Source: Candidatus Riflebacteria bacterium HGW-Riflebacteria-1 (GTDB lineage Bacteria > Muiribacteriota > Ozemobacteria > Ozemobacterales > Ozemobacteraceae). Taken from it: a DNA stretch of 64,000 bases. Both the position numbers and the translations under genes were made by a program. Positions 7,609-16,572 of this stretch are shown here, piece by piece; the stretch's first letter is position 1; each line of letters opens with the position of its first letter. The notes below the pieces were generated by a model. The model ran no database searches. It was not told the origin of the DNA and saw only the letters and a program-made list of their open reading frames with translations. Location: contig PGYB01000022.1 of NCBI GenBank assembly GCA_002839445.1, forward strand, positions 242 through 64,241, written 5' to 3'.

Positions 7609-8220
7609 CTAAACGCCAAAGTGTTCATGGTAATCGTGAATTGCCGCGGTAACGACCCGTTCGGCGTGTTCCCGGCCATATGGGCGGTCGATATGAATTT
7701 CGACCTCGTGCCCCGGCACAAGCTTGTAAGTGCTGAAGTAATGATAAATACGTTCTATCAGCACTGTCGGCAACTCGCTGATGTCGTTAACATGCGCCCA
7801 CATGTTGTCGGAAGCAAGAACGCCGATGATTTTGTCATCAGCTTCGCCGCGATCGATCATGGGAAGGCCGCCAACTACACGCACGTCGAGAATAACCTCA
7901 GCCCGTGCAATCGGGCGTTCACTGATAACGCAAATATCTAGCGGATCTTCATCACCGCGGGCAGAGTTCGGAGACAACTGATGAACCGTCGGACCGCAAT
8001 AGGTTCTGGGAATAAATCCATACAATGCCGGCGGTTGCGAAGAAGTTCTTTGCGGGCGGTCAACCCGCATATAGCCGGTTTCCTTATCAATCTCATATTT
8101 AACCAGATCAAACGGAGTGATTTCGATATATGCCTGAACCAGAGAAGGCGGCTCTTTGCCGACTTCCAGACCATGCCAGGGATGGGGCCGCCACTTGTAA
8201 AATGGTTTGGGAAATGCCAT
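7609..8220 (-). CDS. ppa: Inorganic pyrophosphatase (family I)
   Basis: PWHGLEVG...YEIDKETG...VDR...YGFIP.T...[10 protein letters not shown]...IGVL...D are Ppa signatures. The ATG at 8220 (MAFPKPF) is preferred over the longer track ORF, which starts at 8289. Confidence 0.9.
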   Translation of the reverse strand: MAFPKPFYKWRPHPWHGLEVGKEPPSLVQAYIEITPFDLVKYEIDKETGYMRVDRPQRTSSQPPALYGFIPRTYCGPTVHQLSPNSARGDEDPLDICVISERPIARAEVILDVRVVGGLPMIDRGEADDKIIGVLASDNMWAHVNDISELPTVLIERIYHYFSTYKLVPGHEVEIHIDRPYGREHAERVVTAAIHDYHEHFGV

Positions 8221-8694
8221 GATTTTATTGTTCCTGTCAACAAAGATTATGCTGCATAGCAGCATAACATGACCGGCTGCTGATTGCAATCTTCGACTGC
8301 AGATAGCTCGGGCGTTTGGCAGCGATTGAGCGACTGGCTTTATCTATTGTTGCGGAAGTTTTTAACCTGGCTGGCCCAGGCTTTTCCTGCCATTGACTTA
8401 CTCCCTGCACATTGTCATTTCGTCGGACCGAGCCGGTAGCGCAGGGGAAGATGCAGGCGCGGCCTTCACATTTGAGTTACCGCCCTTCATCGTTACATTG
8501 CAACAGGCTAACGATCACGAGCACGATTCACAAAATTTTGCTTCTTATCTTAGTGCCATTCTGAGGTGTTCCTCTATTCCCCCTCGATTCCACACAAGCT
8601 ACAGTGAATGACTTCTTGAGACTGGTAAGGTATCCTCCGGAATTGGCGGAATCCCAAAGTTGCCTTGCAGAAAATTCTGGCATAAACTGACTGC

Positions 8695-9150
8695 ATGTTA
8701 AAAATAATCAACGTGCATGAGTTCGCCAAAAGTATCGATACAGCGATTGAATACATTCATGGCATCTGGGGAAACTCAAAAAGTTTCGCCTATTACCAGG
8801 ATGCAATACGCCATTCCTTTACCAACAGCCAGTTGCCGCAGTTTTATCTGTTGCTGCACGCAGGCGAACCGGTTGGTTGCGCCGCCCTCATCACCAATGA
8901 TTTTATCAGCCGGCATGACCTTTACCCGTGGGTAGCCTGCCTGTATGTTGCCGAAGAATTCAGGGGAAAAGCCTACGGCAGCCGGTTGCTGACCCATGCA
9001 GTGCAGCAGGCCCGCGCCGCCGGCTTTTCAGCTGCCTACCTGACGACCGACCATGACGGCTATTACGAAAAATACGGCTGGCAGCGCATTGAAGACGGCA
9101 TAGATCTGTTCACCGGCCTGGCTTCACGCATTTACAAAATGAATCTGTGA
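8695..9150 (+). CDS. GNAT-family N-acetyltransferase
   Basis: 151 aa. The acetyl-CoA-binding block LYVAEEFRGKAYGSRLLTHAVQQARAAG is typical of GNAT motif A. Confidence 0.8.
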   Translation: MLKIINVHEFAKSIDTAIEYIHGIWGNSKSFAYYQDAIRHSFTNSQLPQFYLLLHAGEPVGCAALITNDFISRHDLYPWVACLYVAEEFRGKAYGSRLLTHAVQQARAAGFSAAYLTTDHDGYYEKYGWQRIEDGIDLFTGLASRIYKMNL

Positions 9151-9239
9151 ACCTGCCTTCTTTTTCGGGATCGGGATAATGAAGTTTTCCTTCCCCGCCT
9201 GGTTTTTGTGATCTCCTACGGGAATCAGGAAATTAAAAC

Positions 9240-10838
9240 TTACTGAGCGGTGGAGCCGAGGTTTTTCAGGTATTCTTCGTAGCTGATGCCGTAGTCGATG
9301 AGGCCGGTTGGCGTTAATTCAATGACGCGGGTGGAAATGGTTTCGTTGAACTGCAGATCCTGCGAAGTGAACAAAATTGTGCCGGGAAAAGCCATGAGTC
9401 CATTATTCAGCGCGGTGATCGATTCGAGATCGAGATGATTGGTCGGGCCATCCAGCAGCAGCACGTTGGCGCTGCTCAGCATCATTCGGGCAAGCATACA
9501 GCGGACCCGTTCCCCACCCGATATGACATTTACCGTTTTGAGCGCTTCTTCGCCCGAGAAGAGCATACGGCCAAGAAAGCCGCGGACAAAGCTGTCGTTT
9601 TTATCTTTTGAATACTGGCGCAACCAGTCGACCAGGTTCACGCTGGTGTCGCTGAAAAATGCAGTATTGTCTTTTGGAAAGTATGACTGCGAGGTGGTTA
9701 CGCCCCAGGTGAATGAACCGGAATCAGGTTCGAGCTCACCCATGAGAATTTTGAAAAGCGTGGTGTTGGCCAGTTCATTGGCGCCGACAAAAACGATACG
9801 GTCCTTTTTGTTTACCGTAAAAGTTACGTTATTGAGAATCTTGCTGCCATCGATGGTTTTCGTCAACCCCTGCACGCGCAGAAGCTGATCACCGGCTTCG
9901 CGCTCGGGCTTGAAACAGACAAAGGGGTAACGACGCGAAGAGGGCTTGATGTCTTCGAGATTGAGCTTTTCAAGCTGTTTGCGCCGCGAAGTTGCCTGCG
10001 AAGATTTTGATTTATTGGCGCTGAACCTGGCAATGAAAGCCTTGAGCTCTTCAGCTTTTTCTGAGAGTTTCTTGTTCTGATCCTGCTGCAGCTTGAGCGC
10101 CAGCTGGCTGGATTCGCTCCAGAAGTCGTAGTTGCCCGTGTAAAGAGTGATGTTGCCAAAATCAATATCGGCCATGTGCGTGCAGACGTGGTTAAGAAAA
10201 TGGCGATCGTGCGAAACGACGATTACGGTTTTGTTAAAGTTGACCAGAAAATTCTCGACCCAGCGGATAGCGGCGGCATCAAGGTGGTTGGTCGGTTCGT
10301 CGAGCAGCAGAATATCAGGATCGCCGAACAAAGCCTGCGCCAGAAGAACCTTAACCTTTTGCGAGCCGGTCAGCTCACGCATCATTTGATTGTGCAGCTG
10401 CGTCTTGATGCCAAGTCCGGCCAGCAGAGAGGCGGCGTTCGATTCGGCTTCCCAGCCGTTCATTTCAGAGCACAGCCCTTCAAGTTCGCTGGCGCGTGTG
10501 CCGTCGGCTTCGGTAAAATCAGCCTTTGCATACAGGCTGTCTTTCTCCTGCATTACCGCATACAGTTCGGGGTAACCCATGAGAACAACCTGCAAAACTT
10601 CGACATCTTCGTAGGCAAAATGATTCTGGTTCAGGGTGGCAACGCGCTGGCCGGGGCTGATGTGCAGATTTCCGCTGTAGTTGGTGATTTCGCCCGAGAG
10701 AATTTTTAAGAATGTCGATTTTCCGGAGCCATTGGCGCCGATCAATCCATAACAGTTTCCGGGCAGGAATTTAATGTTGACGCCGGCAAAGAGCTTGTTG
10801 CTGCCAAATGAGAGGCCGAGATTTTCTGTGCTGATCAT
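9240..10838 (-). CDS. ABC-F family ATPase (two ABC domains, no TM domain)
   Basis: 532 aa. Two Walker A sites (GANGSGKST, and a second cassette), LSGG signature motifs and an inter-domain linker, as in YbiT/EttA-type proteins. Confidence 0.85.
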   Translation of the reverse strand: MISTENLGLSFGSNKLFAGVNIKFLPGNCYGLIGANGSGKSTFLKILSGEITNYSGNLHISPGQRVATLNQNHFAYEDVEVLQVVLMGYPELYAVMQEKDSLYAKADFTEADGTRASELEGLCSEMNGWEAESNAASLLAGLGIKTQLHNQMMRELTGSQKVKVLLAQALFGDPDILLLDEPTNHLDAAAIRWVENFLVNFNKTVIVVSHDRHFLNHVCTHMADIDFGNITLYTGNYDFWSESSQLALKLQQDQNKKLSEKAEELKAFIARFSANKSKSSQATSRRKQLEKLNLEDIKPSSRRYPFVCFKPEREAGDQLLRVQGLTKTIDGSKILNNVTFTVNKKDRIVFVGANELANTTLFKILMGELEPDSGSFTWGVTTSQSYFPKDNTAFFSDTSVNLVDWLRQYSKDKNDSFVRGFLGRMLFSGEEALKTVNVISGGERVRCMLARMMLSSANVLLLDGPTNHLDLESITALNNGLMAFPGTILFTSQDLQFNETISTRVIELTPTGLIDYGISYEEYLKNLGSTAQ

Positions 10839-11036
10839 ATTTTTTCCGATATTGCTGTAACTGTGAGCTTCAAAGAGTGCAGCGCCAAGGTTAACAGGAA
10901 ATCACCGTTAAATAAAGGGCTTATCTAAGAATTATTGTAAGAATTCAGTTACAGATGGTAATTCGTCTTGGTGCAATTTTGAAAACCTGCCTGCGCCCTC
11001 ACCAGGAGTATTTACAAAGAACTGAATAATTACGAG

Positions 11037-12593
11037 TTAATACAGGCTGTTGCCCTGGGCGTCGTAGATGACGAAGGCGGGCATGTTCTTAACTTTGATG
11101 CGGTGAACGGCTTCCATGCCGAATTCGGCGAAATCGAGCACTTCTGACGAAATTATGTTCTCGCTGGCGATCAGCGCAGCGGCGCCGCCGATGGTACCGA
11201 GATAGAAGCCGCCGTATTGGGAGCAGGCTTTGATAACGCCTTCGGCGCGGTTGCCCTTGGCGAGCGTAACCAGAGAGGCACCACGGCTCATGAAAAAGTC
11301 GATGTATTCATCCATGCGCTGCGCCGTGGTCGGGCCGAAGCTGCCAATGGCGTAGCCGGGCGGCGTGCGCGCCGGGCCGGCGTAATAGACAGGATGATTT
11401 TTAAAATAATCTGGCATGGGCTGTCCTGAGCTGACCATTTCGAAGAGGCGCGCGTGCGCCATGTCGCGCGCTACGACCATGGTCCCGTTGAGCATGACGA
11501 GTGAACCGGCCGGCTGGCTGGCCAGCTGCAGCAGAATTTCTGGCATCGGGCGATCGAGGTCTATCGCTGCGGCCTTTAACGAGTCAATTTTGATTTTTTC
11601 AAGCAGGCGCGCCGGGTTTTTATCGAGTATTTCGAGAAAAGCGCCTTCGGCGGTGATCTTGCCGAGCATGTTGCGATGCGCGCTGCACGAAACGCCGACC
11701 GAGACCGGGCACGAGCCGGCGTGGCGCGCCATGCGGATAACGCGAGCTTCGAGCACGAGATGCGAGCCACCGAACTGGGCGCCCCAGCCGGTTTCAGCAG
11801 CGATGTCGCGGGCGCGGGCTTCCCATTCAAGGTCGCGATATGGGCTGCCGCTGCCGTCTGCCGTTGTTGGCAAATCGTCATACCAGCCGGTTGACGCGAG
11901 CTTCATCGTCTTGAGATTGATTTCGGGCGAAGTGCCGCCAACGACGACAACCAGCGTGTAAGGCGGGCAGGCAGCGACCCCGAGGCCGCCGATCTTGTCT
12001 TTTAGGAATGCGGCAAAGGCCTTCTCGTTGAGCAACGCACGGCTGCCCTGTAAGAGCAGGGTCTTGTTGGCCGAACCGCCGCCCTTGGCCATGAACATGA
12101 AACGGTATTCTTCGCCCGGGCTGAAAGCGATATCGATCTGCGCCGGCAGGTTGTTGCCGGTGTTCTTCTCGGCAAACATGCTCAGCGGAGCCACCTGCGA
12201 ATAACGCAGAAAATTCTCCGACCAGGCCTGGGCAACGCCCTTCGTCAGCATCTCTTCGTCTGCCCCGCCAGTCAACACGCGCTCACCGCGCCAGGCAAAA
12301 ATCGTGGCCGTGCCGGTATCCTGGCACAGCGGCAGTTTGCCTTCGGCCGCGATTATTGCGTTTTTAACCAGAGAACTGCAGACGAAGCGCTCGTTGGGCG
12401 CAGCAGCCGGGTCGGCGGCTATTGCCGCCAGCTCGTCGAGATGATCGGGTCTGAGATAATACGACAGGTCACGAAAAGCCTCGGCAGCCAGTTGCGTCAG
12501 AACTGACGGCGCTACGTTCAAAAAACTGCGACCACCATTTTTTTCACTGTGAATGCTGTCACTGCTGATTTTGCGATACTGCCGCGTATTCAT
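11037..12593 (-). CDS. Class I (Fe-S) fumarate hydratase, probable mesaconase in this context
   Basis: 518 aa. LPLCQDTGTA... and the C-terminal beta-domain block GPTTAQRMD...G.RA are typical of class I fumarase/tartrate dehydratase-type hydro-lyases. Confidence 0.85.
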   Translation of the reverse strand: MNTRQYRKISSDSIHSEKNGGRSFLNVAPSVLTQLAAEAFRDLSYYLRPDHLDELAAIAADPAAAPNERFVCSSLVKNAIIAAEGKLPLCQDTGTATIFAWRGERVLTGGADEEMLTKGVAQAWSENFLRYSQVAPLSMFAEKNTGNNLPAQIDIAFSPGEEYRFMFMAKGGGSANKTLLLQGSRALLNEKAFAAFLKDKIGGLGVAACPPYTLVVVVGGTSPEINLKTMKLASTGWYDDLPTTADGSGSPYRDLEWEARARDIAAETGWGAQFGGSHLVLEARVIRMARHAGSCPVSVGVSCSAHRNMLGKITAEGAFLEILDKNPARLLEKIKIDSLKAAAIDLDRPMPEILLQLASQPAGSLVMLNGTMVVARDMAHARLFEMVSSGQPMPDYFKNHPVYYAGPARTPPGYAIGSFGPTTAQRMDEYIDFFMSRGASLVTLAKGNRAEGVIKACSQYGGFYLGTIGGAAALIASENIISSEVLDFAEFGMEAVHRIKVKNMPAFVIYDAQGNSLY

Positions 12594-12607
12594 GATTGCC
12601 TGTCCTT

Positions 12608-13561
12608 TCAGCCCTGTTCGTCGAAGTAGACCATGTCTTCGATGCCGCTGCGATATTTTTTACCGACCATACCGACCATCATGTATTCTTTCCAGATCGG
12701 GTCGAACATGTATTTCTTGAGCAGCCTGAAATCTTCGATTTCACCGGAAGCCTTAACGTGCGTGCGGGTGCCGGTGCAGAACATTTCCCAGTCGCCGATA
12801 CGAATGCGGTCTTTGCCACAGCCACCGATCGGCACATTGCTGGCGATAATCGCGCGCACCTTCGACTCAAGCTCATCGAGATCGATCTGCGGTTCTTCAG
12901 GAAACTTGATGACAAAACCATGCTTAACGTCTGAATGCAGCACACGACGGGTGTAGTTGTAATCAGTCGCCAGAATGTGGCTGGTGATATCTTCGGCTGA
13001 ATGCGCCATTTTGCGATACTTCGTTGTCTTTTCAACAACGCTTTTGATAGAAGTTGGTGTCGGGCCAAACACGGTCGGGCGCGCCACAATGACCTCTTCG
13101 CCGAGTCCGAAGATTATCTGCGCGTTGTAGCCAAGCGCGCCGTAAATGAGGTCAAAATGCTCGATCACAACGCGGCGGCCGTCTTCGAGGGCGCGCTGAA
13201 TTGCTTCGACGATTTCAAACTGCTGATGGAACGCAAGCTCATAGCGAATATCGAGATGAAAAGTATGCGCGGCAAAAAAGTCTTCACTATGAAAATCGTA
13301 AATTGGCGTAGGACGCAGGTTAACGCCGTCGTCATCGTTGGTCAACTCGAGCCCGGGGAAAAGCCCTTTGATCAGCGTCGATTTGCCTGAGCCTTCTGCG
13401 CCGATGATGCCGATCAGCAGGTCATTGGGCGTCAGATAGCGACTGGCCAGCTGACCGGCCAGCACATAAAGGCGCGGCCGGCCGCGTGGCGCGTAATACA
13501 CCGAATAGAGCAGCGTCTCAAAATGCGACTGGTTTGCGTAGAGAAACGAATTGTTCGGCAT
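12608..13561 (-). CDS. P-loop NTPase with C-terminal tRNA_SAD-like domain, function unknown
   Basis: 317 aa. Walker A is GIIGAEGSGKST. The C-terminal IRIGDWEMFCTGTRTHVKASGEIEDFRLLK resembles the Ala/Thr-tRNA synthetase second additional domain motif (C.GTHV..TGEI). Confidence 0.6.
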   Translation of the reverse strand: MPNNSFLYANQSHFETLLYSVYYAPRGRPRLYVLAGQLASRYLTPNDLLIGIIGAEGSGKSTLIKGLFPGLELTNDDDGVNLRPTPIYDFHSEDFFAAHTFHLDIRYELAFHQQFEIVEAIQRALEDGRRVVIEHFDLIYGALGYNAQIIFGLGEEVIVARPTVFGPTPTSIKSVVEKTTKYRKMAHSAEDITSHILATDYNYTRRVLHSDVKHGFVIKFPEEPQIDLDELESKVRAIIASNVPIGGCGKDRIRIGDWEMFCTGTRTHVKASGEIEDFRLLKKYMFDPIWKEYMMVGMVGKKYRSGIEDMVYFDEQG

Positions 13562-13562
13562 A

Positions 13563-13874
13563 CTAGAATTCTATGGCCAGAAGCGGTGCGTGCTGCTGCG
13601 CTCCGTAAATATCAGTTTCGCCTGGAGCCCCGGAAGGCATCAACCGCTTGATGGTAATCTTAACGGCGTTGGCGGGAGCAAACCAGATCAGGCTCAGAAT
13701 GTCGCTTTCGCTGATTTTGAGCACGCCTGCTATCATCTTGTGGTTGATGATCTGCTGGTTTTTGAACTGCTCGAAAAATTCGCGGTTCTTGAACATGATA
13801 TCGTAAGTAAGCTCAAACGGGCCGGCATTCTTTGAACGAATGACCTTGGCCGCTTCGAGAATGTTTCTTTTCAT
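13563..13874 (-). CDS. DUF4387-family protein
   Basis: 103 aa. VIRSKNAGPFELTYDIMF...IKITIKR...G...D.YGAQQHAPLL matches my memory of the DUF4387 pattern. It sits in the usual partnership downstream of a DUF1446 gene. Confidence 0.7.
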   Translation of the reverse strand: MKRNILEAAKVIRSKNAGPFELTYDIMFKNREFFEQFKNQQIINHKMIAGVLKISESDILSLIWFAPANAVKITIKRLMPSGAPGETDIYGAQQHAPLLAIEF

Positions 13875-13942
13875 AATTTTGTTCCTTTGCTGTAAAGCTG
13901 CTTATCAGCCTGTCCAGGGCTGCGTCTGCCAGACTGCTTTTG

Positions 13943-15322
13943 TCAAACCTGCTTACCGTCTTTGAATGTTTCAACAGTAGTCGAAAACAGCTTTTCACCG
14001 GCTGGTTCCATCAGGTGATAGATCGAAAATTCGTAGACCTGGCCCATCTTGATATCAGAAGGCGAAAACGGAAACGCGAGATTGCCGGCAGTCGAAATGC
14101 GGCCTTCGTAGCCATAATGCAGCAGCGTTGAACGCGCCACGCTGCACAGGGTGTCGGCCTGTTCCTGGGTCGGGCAGAGAGCCTCGATAACAATGCAGAG
14201 CTCGTGCGAAGAGACATCAGTCAAAGGCTCCATTGCGCCCATGACGCCATTTTTGCCATAGACATGAAAGAACAGCTGCTGCGAACGGTCGCTGTCTGAA
14301 GACATTTCAGCAACCTGGTGCTTGACTTCGCTCAGAATTTTCTCGATACCGGCGATCATTATCGGGTCGCGGGTGCCGGCGATGCTGATACTGCGGTAAC
14401 CGATCGGGCGGGCGCCTTCAAGCTTGATGCAATAAGCCGGCGACTTCTCAAAGCGGCTGCCTTTAACTTCAACGCGGCCATCGCCAATATCGGTGAACGA
14501 GCAGTCTTCGAGATTGATTGAACCGCCCGGGCCGGGCAGATGATAAGGATCTGACTTTTCATAAAGCGTATGAGCGGCGGCCGATTCACAGGTAAACTTG
14601 CGTTTCGGGTTAAGCGTTTCGAGAATAAAAGAGTCTTTTTTCAGAATGCCAAGGGCGCAGTCAGCGCCAGAACCAGGCGTTGACGCGATGGCAGCACATT
14701 CGAGAATTTTGCCGAGATGCAGTGCGAGACCTTCGTCATAACCCTGCATAACCGGCAGAGCGGCAAAAACCGCCGGGTCATAGCAGCGACCGGTCAACAC
14801 GACATTACAGCCAAGCTGCAGCGCTTCGATGATCGGTTCGATGCCGATCTGCGCAACCAGGTAGGTAGTGTCGTCGATCAGACCTTCGGTAAGCTCGTGC
14901 ACGCAGGCCAGCGGACTTATTCGGCCTTCACGCAGGGCTTTTTTAACTGAATCCTTGCTGATATCAGACGGGATAACGCCCATCTTGAAGCTCAGATTCT
15001 CTTCTTTAGCAATTTCATGAATAATCTGGCGGCACCATTCGAGATGAACCGATGCGCCTGAGCCGCCGGCAGTGCCGACAACAACCGGAATATTATTGGC
15101 CACGCCTGCTTTAAGCATATAGCGCAGATCGCGTTTAACAAAGGCGCGGTCAGTGAAGGCCTTGCCGGCGCCGAGATAATAGGGACCGGGGTCGGTCGAT
15201 CCGGCGTCGACCGCGATAAGATGCGGTTTGCGCTCAATGCCGCGTTTAAATGAGCTTTCGGGAAAGCCATAGCCAAGAATGGCGGTTGGTGATAATACTC
15301 TGAATTCTTCGTTAGTTGTCAT
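13943..15322 (-). CDS. DUF1446 / AtuA-like protein
   Basis: 459 aa. N-terminal ILGYGFPE.SF..G....PHLIAVDAGSTDPGPYYLG is characteristic of the acyclic-terpene-utilisation AtuA family. Confidence 0.7.
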   Translation of the reverse strand: MTTNEEFRVLSPTAILGYGFPESSFKRGIERKPHLIAVDAGSTDPGPYYLGAGKAFTDRAFVKRDLRYMLKAGVANNIPVVVGTAGGSGASVHLEWCRQIIHEIAKEENLSFKMGVIPSDISKDSVKKALREGRISPLACVHELTEGLIDDTTYLVAQIGIEPIIEALQLGCNVVLTGRCYDPAVFAALPVMQGYDEGLALHLGKILECAAIASTPGSGADCALGILKKDSFILETLNPKRKFTCESAAAHTLYEKSDPYHLPGPGGSINLEDCSFTDIGDGRVEVKGSRFEKSPAYCIKLEGARPIGYRSISIAGTRDPIMIAGIEKILSEVKHQVAEMSSDSDRSQQLFFHVYGKNGVMGAMEPLTDVSSHELCIVIEALCPTQEQADTLCSVARSTLLHYGYEGRISTAGNLAFPFSPSDIKMGQVYEFSIYHLMEPAGEKLFSTTVETFKDGKQV

Positions 15323-16572
15323 TATTTTACCCCGCTTTTCATGCGCAGAATTGCAATTATGCGCTCAAGTTCATTGTTAACAATGGTGAAGCCCTCGTCA
15401 AAACCCATTCCCGGCTTGGCCAGCATGCGTTCGGCGCGGGCGGCAACCGCCAGATGCACGCAGATACGAGCCGAAACGTCGGTTTCGTTGCAGGTGCCAC
15501 CGGTATAAGCTTCAACTCCGGTTTTACGGCAATAAATCACGCTTTCGACGATATTCTGGATCCCGCCGAGATCAGGTGTCTTGATCTGCACCATATCGCA
15601 GGCTTTTGCATCGCAGAAATCGCGCACATCTTCATAGGTATTGCACCATTCGTCGGCGACAATCTTTACCTTAGAGCCTATTTTGCGCAGCTTTTGCGTG
15701 ATGTAACCGAGTTTTTCGATCTGCAGCTGCTTTTCTTCCATGTCGACTGGCCCCTCGATGTAGAGCGGCAGGCCATCAGCATGCACTTCGAGAGAAGCCA
15801 GGTAATCGACGACTTTGTCCATGTTGTTATTGAAGATCGGCCCGATGTTGCCGTAAACATCGATATGCAGGCTCGGTCGGTAGCTTTCACTGTTGCGCAG
15901 ATGCTTGATGCGGCGCACCAGCCATTCGATATACTCGCGCAGTTTTTCGCCGCTGCGGCCGAGTTTTTCGTCAATGTTGTTGATAAGTCCGTGTGGCAGC
16001 ACCTCAACGCCCTTGATGATCATCTTGTCGACGTTGTCATAACGGTTGTCGCCGCTCTGGCCGAATATCGGCACGCGCTCGGCGATTACCGGCAAATTGT
16101 ATTCACTGCATATCACTTCGCAGGGCAGCAGCCTGGAGGCTTTGGCGCAAGCGTCGAGCAGCGCCTGGGTCAGACCGTAGCGCAGCGCTGAATGCAGCGG
16201 CTTGCCCTCGATCTGCAGCCCGGCAAATTTTGCCGCCATATCGCGGAAAGTGCCGAGTTCCATGCCTTCGAGCAACGGGCGCAGATGTTTTTCGAGAAAC
16301 GGCACGTATTCTTCGGCAAGAAACAGCGGATCACGCCCGCCAGCACCTGAATACTGCACTGCCGCGCAATCGCCCAGCCCGATCTGCCCGTCTTCGAGCA
16401 GCAGCATTACCGAAATGCTCTGGCCGGCTTCCCTGATGCGGCTGAATCTGGGCGTAACCGGTTCGCCGACGTAGACAAAACCGTCATGACCGGCGCCATT
16501 CTTGATCGCGCGCTGGTCATCGAAAAAGAATGCTGAATTACCTTTGCTGAATACTGCTTTAACTATTTTCAT
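15322..16572 (-). CDS. mal: Methylaspartate ammonia-lyase
   Basis: 416 aa. FFFDDQRAIKNGAGHDGF.Y.G.PVT...GDCAAVQYSGAGGRDPLFLAE is nearly identical to the clostridial beta-methylaspartase N-terminus as I remember it. Confidence 0.92.
   Translation of the reverse strand: MKIVKAVFSKGNSAFFFDDQRAIKNGAGHDGFVYVGEPVTPRFSRIREAGQSISVMLLLEDGQIGLGDCAAVQYSGAGGRDPLFLAEEYVPFLEKHLRPLLEGMELGTFRDMAAKFAGLQIEGKPLHSALRYGLTQALLDACAKASRLLPCEVICSEYNLPVIAERVPIFGQSGDNRYDNVDKMIIKGVEVLPHGLINNIDEKLGRSGEKLREYIEWLVRRIKHLRNSESYRPSLHIDVYGNIGPIFNNNMDKVVDYLASLEVHADGLPLYIEGPVDMEEKQLQIEKLGYITQKLRKIGSKVKIVADEWCNTYEDVRDFCDAKACDMVQIKTPDLGGIQNIVESVIYCRKTGVEAYTGGTCNETDVSARICVHLAVAARAERMLAKPGMGFDEGFTIVNNELERIIAILRMKSGVK

Noticed and set aside
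7362-7721. 119-codon minus-strand ORF overlapping the 3' end of ppa.
   Set aside because: Only its C-terminal half (below about 7560) is recombinase-like. The upstream part is an out-of-frame read-through of ppa. It is treated as part of the recombinase pseudogene, not as a gene.
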